A DNA stretch of 38,095 bases from Catajapyx aquilonaris (taxonomy: Eukaryota). Below the pieces are notes generated by a model. That model searched no databases and was not told the origin of the DNA. It saw nothing but the letters and a program-made list of their open reading frames with translations. Where the stretch lies: positions 1 through 38,095 of the forward strand of contig JYFJ02003746.1 of the NCBI GenBank assembly GCA_000934665.2. Direction: 5' to 3'. Shown here in pieces: positions 36,600 through 38,095 of this stretch (positions are counted from its first letter, which is position 1; each line of letters begins with the position of its first letter). The position numbers and the translations under genes were made by a program.

Positions 36600-37600
36600 A
36601 GTCTTCCTGAGTGGTGTTAAACTAGACTCTGTGTAGTTATTTTGTGGTGGTTGCTTGCGAGAGGCAGGGGCCGCTTCATTGGTGTCAGAAGAATTCTATT
36701 TGTGATTGTCAACTTGGACCATTTATCAGTGTAATGGAATATGCCTAATTTTGCTAGTTTACGCCTGCCTCCAGTAGGGTGCATTGTTGTCCCAAGGAAA
36801 CGCGTGGGCACAATCCCCCCCTGGCACGAAGTCACTCTGTTTGACAGTACGGCTCCGAAAACAGTGGGTGCCAGGGAAGGCAGGGGCCCGAGATGGCTAC
36901 TCCCCAGCATTGTGTCGGAGACGAGACGAGCGGCTGCAGGCAAGACTCCGGAACTTTGGAGAGAAGTTGGTGCAGGTGCAGATGGTTGTGGAGGCAGAAA
37001 GTCAGAGGCTCGAGGGATGAAGGCACATAAGCGGGAAGTGGAAGAGAGATTGATGATCTTGAAGGGGGCTTTTGCCGGTGGGGGCGGGAGAACGCCTCAA
37101 CAGGTGTTCCCCACCATCAATCCATTTGGAATGTGATCGCCAGTCCCACCACATCCACACCAAGTGAACTGTTGGAGAGAGGCAACTGAGGAGGTAGGTG
37201 CGGTTGTCACACGACAGCCGAGGCGGGCTTCCGAGAAGGGACATTGGAGCATCCGGGTGTGGGGCCAGCCAGAGCAGAGCTAGACGAGTTAGTGATTCCG
37301 CAGCTGAGATCGTGGATGCTGCAGGTATTATCCCATCGAGGGATGTTTTGATGGTCCAGAGGCAGGTGGGGGTCGAATAGTACCAGACAAGAAGGAATCA
37401 TGGGGCTAGATGGGGGCACAGCGAGAGGTGACAGCTCCAGTAGCCAGTGGTGGCCAGTCTGGTTGACAGAGAGACCACCTGGGGCCGAGAAAGAAATGTC
37501 CAGATGTGGGGAATCCCTTGCGGAGAGGTCCAGGAAATGAAGGGGGTGTAGACGGAAATGACGGGGCGGCAGGAATTGACCTCAGGGCTTTGGTTGGACT
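36600..37600 (-). pseudogene. Possible degraded gag-like ORF1 of a LINE
   Basis: GC-rich block with frameshifted Cys/His clusters around 37130-37280 on the minus strand. Weak evidence. Confidence 0.3.
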
Positions 37601-38007
37601 AATTAGGAGGTAAACATACTAAAAGTCCTGGGACCTAGGAGGTGAGACAAATAGGAGGCAAAATGAGTAGGATATATTATACCATAATGTATCCTCAACT
37701 GATCGAAAGTTCTGCAATTTGAAAATTTGTGCAAATTCCGATATATATGACGCAATCCCGTGTATTGCAATTTATCGTTATTATATAATATATTATTGGG
37801 TTAGCTTGTGTCTCCCTTCATCCCTGACTACCCCTCATAGGGAAATGTCGTGATGTTGTTGTATATAATAGATTATACATTATAATATATATTATTACAT
37901 AATATTATTATATATTATATCATAATATTATACAGGGTGATCAAACTTTTTTGTCGTTTTAGTTATTGACCAATTCGGCCTAAGCTGCTTATATTGTAGC
38001 CCGTTCC

Positions 38008-38095
38008 CTGGCAACCCTGTCCGGCGGGCCAATTCAAACATCAGCCCATGGAGAGCGCTTCCATTGTTGCCACTGTTTACAAATCGAGTGAGTGA
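38008..38095 (+). repeat. Partial copy of the foldback arm (35395-35482), runs off the window
   Basis: CTGGCAACCC..CCGGCGGGCCAATTCAAACA...TTTACAAATCGAGTGAGTGA. Confidence 0.9.

Noticed and set aside
37770..37930. AT-rich element or origin
   Set aside because: It is low-complexity (TA/ATT) sequence with no further structure.

Overview
Eukaryotic DNA, probably from an invertebrate/arthropod (inferred from the transposon content). It has no prokaryotic operon structure and no CRISPR array. Most of the window is transposon debris: many TIR/palindromic MITEs (TA, TTAA, 7-bp and 8-bp TSD types, several nested), tRNA-derived SINEs, a solo LTR and degraded LINE fragments. The main signal is a set of about 15 candidate short + strand exons between 2982 and 28892. 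All have lengths divisible by 3 and are stop-free in phase 0 (about 501 codons if all are joined). They encode a divergent HMGB/Dsp1-like HMG box, repeated basic 'RRSxRL' micro-exons resembling the HMGN nucleosome-binding motif, paired Pro/Ala-rich exons and NLS-like exons. These exons sit in two families of locally duplicated exon+intron modules, and the exons appear to have diverged more than their flanking introns. The exon model was read by eye and has no transcript support.
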